Source: Holophagales bacterium UBA5704
Lineage (GTDB): Bacteria; Acidobacteriota; Thermoanaerobaculia; Multivoradales; UBA5704
Direction of reading: 5' to 3'
Assembly: GCA_002420005.1 (NCBI GenBank)
Contig: DIHE01000067.1
Span: forward strand, 4,229-62,817
Length of the DNA stretch: 58,589 nucleotides
Below the pieces are notes generated by a model. That model saw only the letters and a list, made by a program, of their open reading frames with translations. It was not told the DNA's origin and made no database searches. The stretch's first letter is position 1; each line of letters opens with the position of its first letter. This document shows, piece by piece, positions 49,584 through 58,411 of this stretch. The translations under genes and the position numbers were made by a program.

Positions 49584-50040
49584 GAGAGCCGGGGGGCGGA
49601 AGAGACCCAGGAACGCCGCCGGGCGTTTCCGCCAGAAGCCTGCAGGCGAGATCAAGGAGCCGCAGAGAACCACCGGCCCCGCATACTGGACGTACTTGGG
49701 AATTGCTTACCAGGACGCGAACCGTCTGGTCGACGCCGGATTGCGGACCCGCGAGGATCTCGCAGCCTGGACGCGCGAACAGCTCCTCTCTTTGTCGGGG
49801 CTCAGTGAGCATTCCTTTCGTCGATGCCAGGAGGTGCTCGACCAACCGCTGGCCACCTCCGTGGCCTATTGGACCGCCCGCAGCGTGCCGTGGCCGACCG
49901 CCTGGCGCCTCTCGCGAGAGCGGATCATGAATCTCGACGATCTGCGCCGGCTCTCGACGGACCAGCTCGTGAAGCGTGGATTCCGCCGCCTCGAGGCCAG
50001 GGATCTCGTGAGCTTGGCCGCAGGTGGGAGCGAGCAGTGA
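49579..50040 (+). CDS. Protein with duplicated RNAP alpha-CTD/HhH-like motif (start uncertain)
   Basis: ANRLVDAGLRTREDLAAWTREQLLSLSGLS; second copy AWRLSRERIMNLDDLRRLSTDQL. Confidence 0.5.
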   Translation, partial: LERAGGRKRPRNAAGRFRQKPAGEIKEPQRTTGPAYWTYLGIAYQDANRLVDAGLRTREDLAAWTREQLLSLSGLSEHSFRRCQEVLDQPLATSVAYWTARSVPWPTAWRLSRERIMNLDDLRRLSTDQLVKRGFRRLEARDLVSLAAGGSEQ

Positions 50041-50131
50041 TCGACCTGGAGTTGCGCCGGCTCGGCCGGTGCTGCGCGCGGTTCCCTTGCGGGGGCCGCA
50101 GGTGTTCGCTTGATCTCTGAGGAGGTTGCCA

Positions 50132-50461
50132 ATGTCTTCTGTAGTCCATCCGCCCGCCCGGGGACCCATCCTCCCCCCGGGCGGACCTTTTCCCTCCGCT
50201 CCCGGCCATCCGAATTCCGAGGTGCTGCAACGGTTCGCCGCCAATCGTGCCAGGCCCGCAGAGCGCCGCGCGGTGGCCCTGCATCTCCTCAAAGGGTGCG
50301 CCACCTGCAGCGCGTTCCTGTGGCACGAGCGAGGAGTGCCTGAGAAAGCCTACGACGAGGTGATCGACCGCTGCTGCGAAAAGCTCGATAGGCTGTTGAA
50401 GACCTACGCCAGAAGGGAAAATCATCAGGGTGCTTTGGAGCCACAGGAGCTAATGGCATGA
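50132..50461 (+). CDS. Small zinc-binding (zf-HC2/ZAS-like) protein
   Basis: HPNSEVLQRF...HLLKGCATC; GAGGAGG RBS. Confidence 0.6.
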   Translation: MSSVVHPPARGPILPPGGPFPSAPGHPNSEVLQRFAANRARPAERRAVALHLLKGCATCSAFLWHERGVPEKAYDEVIDRCCEKLDRLLKTYARRENHQGALEPQELMA

Positions 50462-50880
50462 CCCGGCACGAGAACCTGCAGCTCGAAATGAGCCGGGTGG
50501 CCGAAGCGCTCCGCACAGCGATCCGCCTGAGCGGGGTGTCGAGCCGCTCGATCGAGCGGTCTCTCGGGCTCAGCACCGGCTACTTGACCCGATTGCTCCA
50601 AGGCGAGACCGCTCTCCGCATCTTGCACGTCTTCGGCATCCTCCAGTCCATTCGACTCCCTCCGGGCGACTTCTTCTCCGCGCTCTACCGCTCGGAAGGT
50701 CATCCAATCGGGCGAGCCCTCCGGCAACTCCACCCCGCCGTGGCCGGCGACGATCCGGGCTCCGTCAGAGCGATCCTTTCTCGTCTGCGGAGCGACATGG
50801 GAGAGCTCGAAACAGCGCTGGCTGCAAGGAAGCCTGAGCCAGAACACCAGGAACCCTCGGTAGACAGCGGGGATCGATGA
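50458..50880 (+). CDS. XRE-like HTH regulator
   Basis: SSRSIERSLGLSTGYLTRLLQGE. Confidence 0.75.
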   Translation: MTRHENLQLEMSRVAEALRTAIRLSGVSSRSIERSLGLSTGYLTRLLQGETALRILHVFGILQSIRLPPGDFFSALYRSEGHPIGRALRQLHPAVAGDDPGSVRAILSRLRSDMGELETALAARKPEPEHQEPSVDSGDR

Positions 50881-51899
50881 TGGTGGACCCCTTGAAAATC
50901 ACAGGGGCCGGGGACGAGACCCTGGTCCTCGGAATCGACCCCGGCCCGGTGCGCCCCACGGCCCCATCTGCCTGGTCGGTTCTCTCCCTTCACCGCAACA
51001 CGGGGCGCATCGACATCGTTCGCCCGGCGACCGCCATCCGGAAGACCGCGCTGCGGGATTCTCTGGTGGCTCTGCTCTCCTTCCCGGATCTGCGCCTCGT
51101 CTGCCTGGGTGCTCCCCTGACGCCGCTTCCACTCGCACAGAAACCGCTCAGGGCGCGTTCCGTCGAGATTCGCCTCTCCCGCGGCGCCTTCTCCGCCTCA
51201 GAGCGAGGACCGGGAATGCCATGGATCGCAACTCCAAGGCTTTGGCCGCACTATGTTCAGGCGCGTCCCCTCCAGGAGGCCCTTGAACAGAGAGGGTTTC
51301 CACTCATCACCTTGCCCGCGGACATTGACTCCGTCCGGCTCCCGTCTCGCTGTACCACCGAAGTCTTTCCGAAAGCCAGTCTCGCCCTCCTGACCTCTCA
51401 CAAGACCCTACGCAAGCGACCGCTAGCCGGTGAGTTTTGCGGGCAACTCGACGACTGGAGTTTTCCTCGGTTGTTCACCGAGATGGAATCTTCGCCGCCC
51501 CCAATCCAGGCCTGCCTCCAGGCCCTTTCCCCCGGGCTCCACCTCGCGCCGGAGGCGCTCGCGGAAGCTCGGCGGATCGCCGCCATCCGCCGCCCTTACT
51601 CTCGCCGCGAGCCGCTGCGCGCCTTCGTCGCCGCCCTTCAAGGTGTGGTCGCTCTGCGCGGTGGGGCCTGTCTCGTCGGAGCCCCAGGGGACCATGAAGG
51701 CTCCATCCTCCTGCCCGCCACCTGGCATCCGGATTGGGAAGCTGAGTGGCGCATCAACCGGCGAATCTTTCAAGTACACCGGTACCCGGTCGAAGAGCCG
51801 GACCCTTCCGCATCATTACCGCCACCCCATGAATCACTTTTCCCAGATTCGCGGTTTTCTATAGACAAACCGGCCGCGAAACCCGTAGAGTGCCGATAG
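50877..51899 (+). CDS. DUF429-like RNase H-fold protein
   Basis: LVLGIDPG, LGAPL (usually DAPL), EVFP. Confidence 0.55.
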   Translation: MMVDPLKITGAGDETLVLGIDPGPVRPTAPSAWSVLSLHRNTGRIDIVRPATAIRKTALRDSLVALLSFPDLRLVCLGAPLTPLPLAQKPLRARSVEIRLSRGAFSASERGPGMPWIATPRLWPHYVQARPLQEALEQRGFPLITLPADIDSVRLPSRCTTEVFPKASLALLTSHKTLRKRPLAGEFCGQLDDWSFPRLFTEMESSPPPIQACLQALSPGLHLAPEALAEARRIAAIRRPYSRREPLRAFVAALQGVVALRGGACLVGAPGDHEGSILLPATWHPDWEAEWRINRRIFQVHRYPVEEPDPSASLPPPHESLFPDSRFSIDKPAAKPVECR

Positions 51900-52027
51900 T
51901 GATAACGGAAGGGCCATCCATGGGACAGACTGTCGAGCGATTGGCTGCTTATTTTACCTCCGGAGGAGAAGTTCTCTCAGGTAGCAGCCCGTACCACCTC
52001 AACGAGCGATTCACCAGGAACTAGCCG

Positions 52028-52237
52028 ATGGTCGGTTTTACGATTGAGACGACGTTTTTCCTGTTCTCCGACGGGAGCCTCGATGTCACCCTCACCACCT
52101 GGGAAGGTGGGGAAGCGACGCTTCCTGTCTCTCATCTGGTCTCTTTTGTCGACTACCTGCGGGCCACCGACTGTCCAATGCCCGATCCACTGCCGGCGGT
52201 GAGGGTTTCCGCACCCACCGATGCAGAAGGCGAATGA
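52028..52237 (+). CDS. Small hypothetical protein
   Basis: ORF with AGGA upstream. Confidence 0.4.
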   Translation: MVGFTIETTFFLFSDGSLDVTLTTWEGGEATLPVSHLVSFVDYLRATDCPMPDPLPAVRVSAPTDAEGE

Positions 52238-52296
52238 GCGGGCGACCGTACTTCGCGCACTGACGTCGCCTCGCCTCATGAGGTAGACTTGGAGGG

Positions 52297-52698
52297 ATGA
52301 GCGACCCTGCTGTGGTTGAGCCCTCCGGCTCCTCGCAACGACAACAGCCGCCCTTCCTTCCCCCTTCGGAATGGCGCATCTACTCCCTCCTCGCCCGGCA
52401 CGGCCCGCTCACCGTCCGGCAGATGCTCGACGCCCTTCCCCAGGACGGTTCCAAGGGGCATCACCAATACATGACGGTGCGGACCCTCGCACTTCGTCTC
52501 GTCGAGAAGGGCTACCTCGCCGAGGGTCCGAAGGGGGCGGCGGCCGGCCCGTCCTCCGTCGTCGTCTTTTCCCCTCTGGTGCCCTACGACGAGGCCCTCG
52601 ACCGGCACCTCGATCACTTCGTGGCCCAGTACGCCCTCGGAGGCAAGAGCGACATCCAGGCCTTCCGCCGAGCCATCGAGCGCCATCTCAACGAGTAG
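52297..52698 (+). CDS. BlaI/MecI/CopY-family repressor (paralogue 2)
   Basis: PPSEWRIY...GPLTVRQM...YMTVRTLALRLVEKGYL...SPLVPYDE. Confidence 0.78.
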   Translation: MSDPAVVEPSGSSQRQQPPFLPPSEWRIYSLLARHGPLTVRQMLDALPQDGSKGHHQYMTVRTLALRLVEKGYLAEGPKGAAAGPSSVVVFSPLVPYDEALDRHLDHFVAQYALGGKSDIQAFRRAIERHLNE

Positions 52699-52711
52699 CG
52701 CCCCCTCGCCG

Positions 52712-52743
52712 GGCAAGACTAATACAGATGTATTAGACTTGCC
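52712..52743. promoter_or_regulatory. Operator GGCAAG-A-CTAATACA-GA-TGTATTAG-A-CTTGCC immediately upstream of repA
   Basis: Extended palindrome containing an exact TACA-NN-TGTA. Confidence 0.75.
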
Positions 52744-52748
52744 AACTG

Positions 52749-53681
52749 ATGGGACGCAAGCTGCGAGAGATCTTCGGTGAGCTGATCTCCCCCGACACAG
52801 CCGTCCTTCCGGCACCGCTCAAGCTTCCACCGAGCGGCACACCGCGACTCTTTCGATCCGACGCGCCCGACGGCGACCAGAAGCTCGGCTTCGTCTCCCG
52901 CCTGATCGTCACGACGACCCTGCCTCACTCCAAGCCCTGCGACGCCGAGTTCACCCGCCACAGCGGGCTCTATGACCTCTGCCTCCTCGCGCCGCGCCGC
53001 ATCGGTTTGCCTTACGGCCGATACCCCCGTCTCGCCCTTGCCTGGATGATCACAGAGGCCGTCAGAACGAAGGCACCTCTGCTACGGCCGGCGCCTTCCC
53101 TCTCCCGCTTCGCGTCCCAGATCGGCATCACTCCGTCGACCGGCGCCAAGGGGACCCTCACCCAGCTTCGCGACCAGCTCCTGCGTCTCGTCAACCTCAC
53201 CGTCCTTTGCCTGGATGCGCCCGCTCATCCGTCGCCCCAAGCGCTCCCCTCCGCTTTCCGGGGCGGCGGCGTGCACCTCGTCACCTGCTACCGTCTCTGG
53301 TGGGACCAGCCGGCTCCCGATGACCCGGAGCCCTTCATCCTGCTATCGAGGGATTTCGTGGACGAGGTCCTGGCCCACCCGATCCCCATCGACCTCAACG
53401 TCATCAGGAATCTCAGGTCCTCCCTGGAGATGGACGTCTACATGTGGCTGACCTACCGCAGCGTCCGGTCCTGCAGGCTGGGAAGACCGGAGACGATTCC
53501 ATGGCCGGCTCTACAGCGCCAGTTTGGAGCCGACTATGCCGACCTGCGCGTCTTCCGGTTTCACTTCCTGCGCGCCGTCAAGAAGATCCTGGATGTCTAC
53601 CCGGAGATCCGGCTCCGCAACACCCCCGGCGGCCTGGTCGTTCTCCCGTTTCCCCCTCACATCCTGCCGGCTCCCCGGTAA
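52749..53681 (+). CDS. repA: Plasmid replication initiator, RepA_C family
   Basis: GLPYGRYPRL, LRDQLLRL, DVYMWLTYR, IPWPALQRQFG, VYPE. Confidence 0.88.
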   Translation: MGRKLREIFGELISPDTAVLPAPLKLPPSGTPRLFRSDAPDGDQKLGFVSRLIVTTTLPHSKPCDAEFTRHSGLYDLCLLAPRRIGLPYGRYPRLALAWMITEAVRTKAPLLRPAPSLSRFASQIGITPSTGAKGTLTQLRDQLLRLVNLTVLCLDAPAHPSPQALPSAFRGGGVHLVTCYRLWWDQPAPDDPEPFILLSRDFVDEVLAHPIPIDLNVIRNLRSSLEMDVYMWLTYRSVRSCRLGRPETIPWPALQRQFGADYADLRVFRFHFLRAVKKILDVYPEIRLRNTPGGLVVLPFPPHILPAPR

Positions 53682-53745
53682 GACGTGCGGGGTCCCGCAC
53701 CCTGCCAGGTGTTCTGGCTCGGCAGAGTGCGGGACAAGCGAACGA

Positions 53746-54150
53746 TCAGGCCGCGATGTCCGCCCAAAGGCAACCACCGACACAGAGAGTCGAGAGCAGG
53801 CCAAGCCCGGCGCTCCAGGCGACCCGCAGGGCCGGAGAGCGCAGGATCTCCCAGAACGGCTCAGCCTGCAGCCCCGACAGCGAGAGGGGGACGATCAGAG
53901 CGTTCAACAGCGCGGTGATCGTGCCCCACACGAGGGCGAGCCCGGTGTGCCGGCGTGAGACAACCGTCGCACCGACGTAGATCTCGGCGAGCCCCACCAA
54001 GGCGGCCAGCGCGGCAGAGCTCCACCAGAGAAGCAGCGCCCTGGTCTCGGGAGCTACATCCTGGCGGTCGGCCGCGATGACGCTCAGGCCGAGGCGCGGG
54101 ATCAGAGCGAGAATCGGCAACAGCGAGATCCAGCGGCCGGGGTGGCTCAT
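53746..54150 (-). CDS. Small membrane protein coupled to the integrase gene
   Basis: 3-4 hydrophobic helices; ATGA overlap with the integrase stop. Confidence 0.6.
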   Translation of the reverse strand: MSHPGRWISLLPILALIPRLGLSVIAADRQDVAPETRALLLWWSSAALAALVGLAEIYVGATVVSRRHTGLALVWGTITALLNALIVPLSLSGLQAEPFWEILRSPALRVAWSAGLGLLSTLCVGGCLWADIAA

Positions 54151-55514
54151 GGGGTCGCCTCCCCGGCCTGATCCCGGAGCGCCGCCTCAGGCCGAGCCAA
54201 CTCCGTTCCCATGTAGCGAAATGGCTGGACCTGACGCGGCGGATGATCCCCAAGGAGGCCGCGCATGTGCTCTTCGACCGCCGCGGCAGCTCGGGACAAG
54301 GAAGGCCCGTGGTGGTGGAGATAGACCGTGTCGGTCATCGGTCGCCCCTGATGGCCCATGAGCTGAGCACGGTGCTCCGGGGCGATGACTCCCACCGCAT
54401 GCGTTGAGAAGCTGTGGCGCAATGCTTTCACCATCATCCGCGGCAACCCGGCGGCTGCAAGAACTCGGTGCCATAGGTGATTGAGACCAGACAGCGGTCG
54501 GCCCGGGCGCGAGCCGGGCACAGTCAAATGCTCGGAGCCCTTGGGTCGTGGAATCGCCTTGAGCAGCTCAACGGCGTGCGGTCCCAGGAAGACCCACCGC
54601 CCCCCACCCTTCTCCCGGTTCCCCTTGGCCCGAGGAATCCCGATACGGGGTGCTTCGTCGTCGAGAAGGCACCAGTCGAGCTGCGTCTCCAACAGCTCCG
54701 ACCGCTGGCGTACGCCGGTGTAGATGGCCACCCGCAACGCATAGAGACTGCCCAGCGCACCAGGATCACTCCGGGCGTACTGAGCCTCGAGATTCCGCAG
54801 GACCTCGCCGACGGCGGCGAAGCCTTTGTTGTCCAGGAACTCCTCCGATCGGCCCAGCTCGTAACGAGGGACCAATCGGCCTGAAGCTGGATTACGGTTG
54901 ATCCACTCCATCCGATACGCGAATCCCAGAGCGGCGCCGAGCTGCTTCAAACAGCGATTGGCGCCTCCTCTTCCACCTGCCTTGAGCGAGGGCTGCCGCT
55001 GCACCATCCGCTCAAGGAGCTGGCGTTTGAATTGCCGGACAACCTCTGTGTTGATCTCGGCAACCCGAAGGTCACCGAGCAGCGGCAGGATATGGATACG
55101 CCAGGGCCAGCTATAGTCCTCAAGAGTCCGAGGGCTACGCCCGGCGCCGCGATTCTCCAGGAAGTCGGTCAAATACTCCTGATAGAGGTCGCGGAGCGCC
55201 ATCGACCGGCCCCGAGCCAGCCCCGGCTGGCCGTCCTCGTCCACGAGACGCCTCAAGAGCCGGCGCGCTTCTTGGCGCGCCTCTTCGACCTCTTCGAGAG
55301 TCATTTCTGGGTTGAGATCGGCACAGACGTGGAATCGGGAGCCCCAGCGCACTCCGATCTGCACGACGGTCCTGCGCACCCTGAGGCGGGGACCCTCGTT
55401 CTTCTCCAGGATGTAGTAGTCACTCTCCCCTTTGCCGGGGAGATTGCGGAAGGCGCGGCGCACGACTTCCAGGTTGATGCGGGGGACCCGGGGTCTTGAA
55501 GAGGGGCGTGCCAT
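54147..55514 (-). CDS. int: Tyrosine recombinase / integrase
   Basis: YTGVRQRSE, IPRAKG, KALRHSF, LMGH, TDTVY; N-terminal arm-binding-like region. Confidence 0.9.
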   Translation of the reverse strand: MARPSSRPRVPRINLEVVRRAFRNLPGKGESDYYILEKNEGPRLRVRRTVVQIGVRWGSRFHVCADLNPEMTLEEVEEARQEARRLLRRLVDEDGQPGLARGRSMALRDLYQEYLTDFLENRGAGRSPRTLEDYSWPWRIHILPLLGDLRVAEINTEVVRQFKRQLLERMVQRQPSLKAGGRGGANRCLKQLGAALGFAYRMEWINRNPASGRLVPRYELGRSEEFLDNKGFAAVGEVLRNLEAQYARSDPGALGSLYALRVAIYTGVRQRSELLETQLDWCLLDDEAPRIGIPRAKGNREKGGGRWVFLGPHAVELLKAIPRPKGSEHLTVPGSRPGRPLSGLNHLWHRVLAAAGLPRMMVKALRHSFSTHAVGVIAPEHRAQLMGHQGRPMTDTVYLHHHGPSLSRAAAAVEEHMRGLLGDHPPRQVQPFRYMGTELARPEAALRDQAGEATP

Positions 55515-55637
55515 GGTCTACCGCCCCCTCTCGGCGCACCGGCACCGGCAGTCTGCGATGGCTCTCAGGTCGACGACGTTCATGCTCCAGTCCTCCGGCC
55601 AACTTGGCCTGACATAGTCCTTTGGCCCGTCGACGGG

Positions 55638-55796
55638 CGCGGGACATATTGGGGACTAACTGCCCGTCCCTTTGGGGCATATTCGGAGCATCAGAGCCGC
55701 GTGCGGCCCAAGAGGAGCAAGAGGCTAACTCACCTGTAATGGCATATTTGGACCGTTCCTGGCAACTTCGCGGTGCCGGAATCCCCGGTCTGAAGG
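55638..55796. other. attR (core CTGAAGG at 55790-55796) with putative arm-type repeats
   Basis: GGGACATATTGGGGACTA and GGGGCATATTCGGAGCA; core shared with attL. Confidence 0.65.
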
Positions 55797-55915
55797 GCCG
55801 CGAGAGCCTGACCGCCGCCGGAACGACAACGACCCCGGTCGCCTCTCTCGCGGCCTTTCAGGCCGCGGTGAGGGATCGCCTTCATTCCCCAGGGCATCGG
55901 CCTGCGCCCGAAGCC
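55797..55915. repeat. Right part of the interrupted REP-like element
   Basis: GCCGCGAGAG...CTCTCGCGGCCTTTCAGGCCGC...CCCAGGGCATCGGCCTGCGCCCGAAGCC, reverse complement of the left-flank motifs. Confidence 0.75.
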
Positions 55916-56075
55916 ACCCCCCCTACCCCCACCCCGATATGACATCCGTCATACGCAACGGGGCATCCGGCCTCCTATACTCGCTGGGCAGAGGGCAAGA
56001 GGGTCGCCAACCTTCTGGCCAGTGCGCAAAGGAACGTCAATCAGCATTTTTAAACTCCTCGGAAAAGAGGCAACT

Positions 56076-57149
56076 ATGTTCATCCGGCAACTCGCCATAG
56101 CCATCGCGCTGACTCTTCTTTATGGGGCGCCCCTCCTGGCAGCAGCATCGCCGCCCCCGAGTGAAATCTTGATCGATTTCCCGACATGCCTCAATGGCGA
56201 TCCCCAGCAGCCCAAATCCTTAGGCGCGACTTTCTGCGCGCCTAAGTCGCAGATATTAAAATTAACTTACGACAAGGTGCATGACGAGCCCCAGATCCTC
56301 TTGGGAAGTACACTATACTTTATTGACGCTAGATGCGATTGTGGTGGCGTGCGTCCTGTTTTTTCTGTACAGCTCAAGGAATACCAAATCGATGACATCG
56401 ATAAATCGGCCATAGCGCTGGTCTATACCAGCCGCAAGACTTGGTCGGTGCCACGTTGTCTAGGAGAAGCGGAAAAAAACCAACCTTATATACCGGTGTG
56501 TAGCCAGTACAATTCACTGGACTCCTGGACACGGCAGACGCAGCTCGAAGCTGCCCAGACTTGTTATTCTGCTTACAGAAAGGCATGCGCCGACGTTATT
56601 GAAGATGCCAAAACGAAAATCAAATTATATGACCCGTACACACTCACGCGAACGCAGACGTGCCATCCGGTCGACGAGGGGGTCGCCGTGACAGCGGATA
56701 TGACGACCACTCAAAGCACAACAATTACGGTTGAAACGCAAACCACCCGGGGGGTCACCCTGGAAGATTCCTTGAACGTTACCATAGGCTCCTCTTCCGT
56801 GACCACATCCACATTGGGAATAGAAGCAAGTGTCAGCGTTGGGGCTTTTGGTGTTGGCGCAAGTATTGGAACCTCTGTCACAGAGAGTACCTCTGAAGAG
56901 AATAGCCAATCAATTTCAAAAACGTTCGGCATACAGACGACGGATAGCTCCAGCGTAGGGAGTTCGCGATCAGCTGTATATACAAACACATACGAAGGAG
57001 GCCAAGGCGGGGCTCGCTATGTTCTCTGGCAGGTCGTTGACACCTTCACGTTGACGAGGAACAATGGTGAGGTCGTTTCAGAGGTTCGGGTGAATGGCCC
57101 CGCCCAGACCATCGAATATCCTTACGGGACCGAATGCAAACAGCAGTAA
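56076..57149 (+). CDS. Secreted beta-pore-forming-toxin-like protein (Toxin_10/Tpp- or aerolysin-like tail)
   Basis: Signal peptide, Cys-rich head, Ser/Thr-rich strands flanking LGIEASVSVGAFGVGASIG, C-terminal YVLWQVVDTFTLTRNNG; visibly lower GC. Confidence 0.6.
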   Translation: MFIRQLAIAIALTLLYGAPLLAAASPPPSEILIDFPTCLNGDPQQPKSLGATFCAPKSQILKLTYDKVHDEPQILLGSTLYFIDARCDCGGVRPVFSVQLKEYQIDDIDKSAIALVYTSRKTWSVPRCLGEAEKNQPYIPVCSQYNSLDSWTRQTQLEAAQTCYSAYRKACADVIEDAKTKIKLYDPYTLTRTQTCHPVDEGVAVTADMTTTQSTTITVETQTTRGVTLEDSLNVTIGSSSVTTSTLGIEASVSVGAFGVGASIGTSVTESTSEENSQSISKTFGIQTTDSSSVGSSRSAVYTNTYEGGQGGARYVLWQVVDTFTLTRNNGEVVSEVRVNGPAQTIEYPYGTECKQQ

Positions 57150-57267
57150 GCGATTTCCTCAGTTTGAGAAAGATTTTCGCAGGCTGGCGGCGGGCTCCAT
57201 CCCTGAAGATGCGCCGGGATAAGGGTAGAGTCGGCGGCGGGCGCGGTGGCTTTAGGCTGAAGTTCCC

Positions 57268-57716
57268 CCGAAGTAGGTGCCACCGTTTCACTCCTCAGCG
57301 TCCTTAAATACGACGCGGTCACCCACCCCTCCGTCGCCAGGCCCCCTCCCTCCGCCCTCCCGATCCTCCCCGGCCGGCGCCGCCACGCCCCGTTTCTCGC
57401 GCTCTCCCTCGTCATCGGCGACCTTATTGAGAACAGCCCCCCCAACAGGTGCCACCCAAGAGAGCAGGCACCGCTAAAACACCACCCCCCGCCCCATGGC
57501 CCGCCCACGTGGTCGCTCTCTGGGAAGCCTCTTTCTGGCCTTTCGCTGCCTTCTGGAGCATCCGGTCGGTGCCGCCGAAGTAGGTGCCAGCGTCTTACTT
57601 CTCGGCGTCCTTAAATACAACCCGGGCACACCGGCACACCCCTCCGCCCTCCCGATCCTCCCCGGCCGGCGCCGCCACGCCCCGTTTCTCGCGCTCTCCC
57701 TCGGCATCGGCGACCT
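57268..57716. repeat. ~150-bp imperfect direct repeat (57268-57424 and 57575-57716)
   Basis: CCGAAGTAGGTGCC...GCGTCCTTAAATAC...CCCTCCGCCCTCCCGATCCTCCCCGGCCGGCGCCGCCACGCCCCGTTTCTCGCGCTCTCCCTCG. Confidence 0.9.
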
Positions 57717-57757
57717 CGATGGCCGTGGTGGTTCGTGGTGCTGATGCTGCAACTCTC

Positions 57758-57934
57758 CTACCGCGCGGAGTCGATCACCACCGGGCGCTTCGGCGGAAGG
57801 GAGACTACCTTTCGGCTGCTCTGCCGTTCCTGTTCCTTGAGATCCTGGAAAATCCTCTCAAGGTCATAGTCGAACCGAACAGCATGGTCCTCACGAACTT
57901 TTCGGACCTCCTCGACGATTGGGTCATTCCACAT
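57758..57934 (-). CDS. Small partner of the PIN toxin (putative antitoxin), 58 aa
   Basis: MWNDPIVEEVRKVREDHAVRFDYDLERIFQDLKEQERQS, directly downstream of the PIN gene. Confidence 0.7.
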   Translation of the reverse strand: MWNDPIVEEVRKVREDHAVRFDYDLERIFQDLKEQERQSSRKVVSLPPKRPVVIDSAR

Positions 57935-57938
57935 GAGA

Positions 57939-58411
57939 TCACTCTCCCATCAATTCTTCAGGGGTGCAGATGGTCGGTGGCTCGTATCCTGCTGCGCGAC
58001 ATATCTCTGCGACGGCTTTTTGCATCCGCGCGTTGGCGATATGCTTGCAGTTCCAAGTCAGCAGGTAGTCCATCCCGTGAATGGTGGCGATTGCAATATG
58101 CGTCGCATCTTCTGCGGCTCGAGCCGGGATCATGCCGCGGCGCATGAGCTGTTTTGCGAGATCGAGAGCCGTCTGGTTGATCGCGAGAAGAGGGATCTCC
58201 TCCAGAAAGTCCAGCCTGCGCCGAGCCATATCCTGGTCGCCTGCTGCCGCTTCTCGGACGACGACCTGAGACGTAAAGAGATCGAAGGACAGCCGCCTCT
58301 GCAGCCACCACTCTTCGGTCAGTTGCTGGTGGGCAGCGACGATCAGGTCCCGATCAACCTGGCAGTCAGGTAGCTCACAATCGTGGTCTCGACGTACACT
58401 TTGTCCTTCAA
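57939..58411 (-). pseudogene. VapC-like PIN domain gene with a 1-nt frameshift near 58354
   Basis: KVYVETTIVSYLTAR in one frame; RDLIVAAHQQLTEEWW...EDATHIAIA...LLTWNCKHIANA in another. Confidence 0.75.

Larger units (their letters stand above)
4446..55796. mobile_element. ~51 kb integrative conjugative element / integrated plasmid (tyrosine integrase, MOBP-type relaxase, Trb T4SS, RepA_C, ParAB)
   Basis: Xis-like gene at the left end, integrase at the right end, full transfer module, CTGAAGG direct repeat at 4446-4452 and 55790-55796; flanks rejoin into a perfect hairpin. Confidence 0.88.

Noticed and set aside
55515-56000. tRNA/tmRNA integration target
   Set aside because: No cloverleaf or T-loop/CCA pattern recognised at either end
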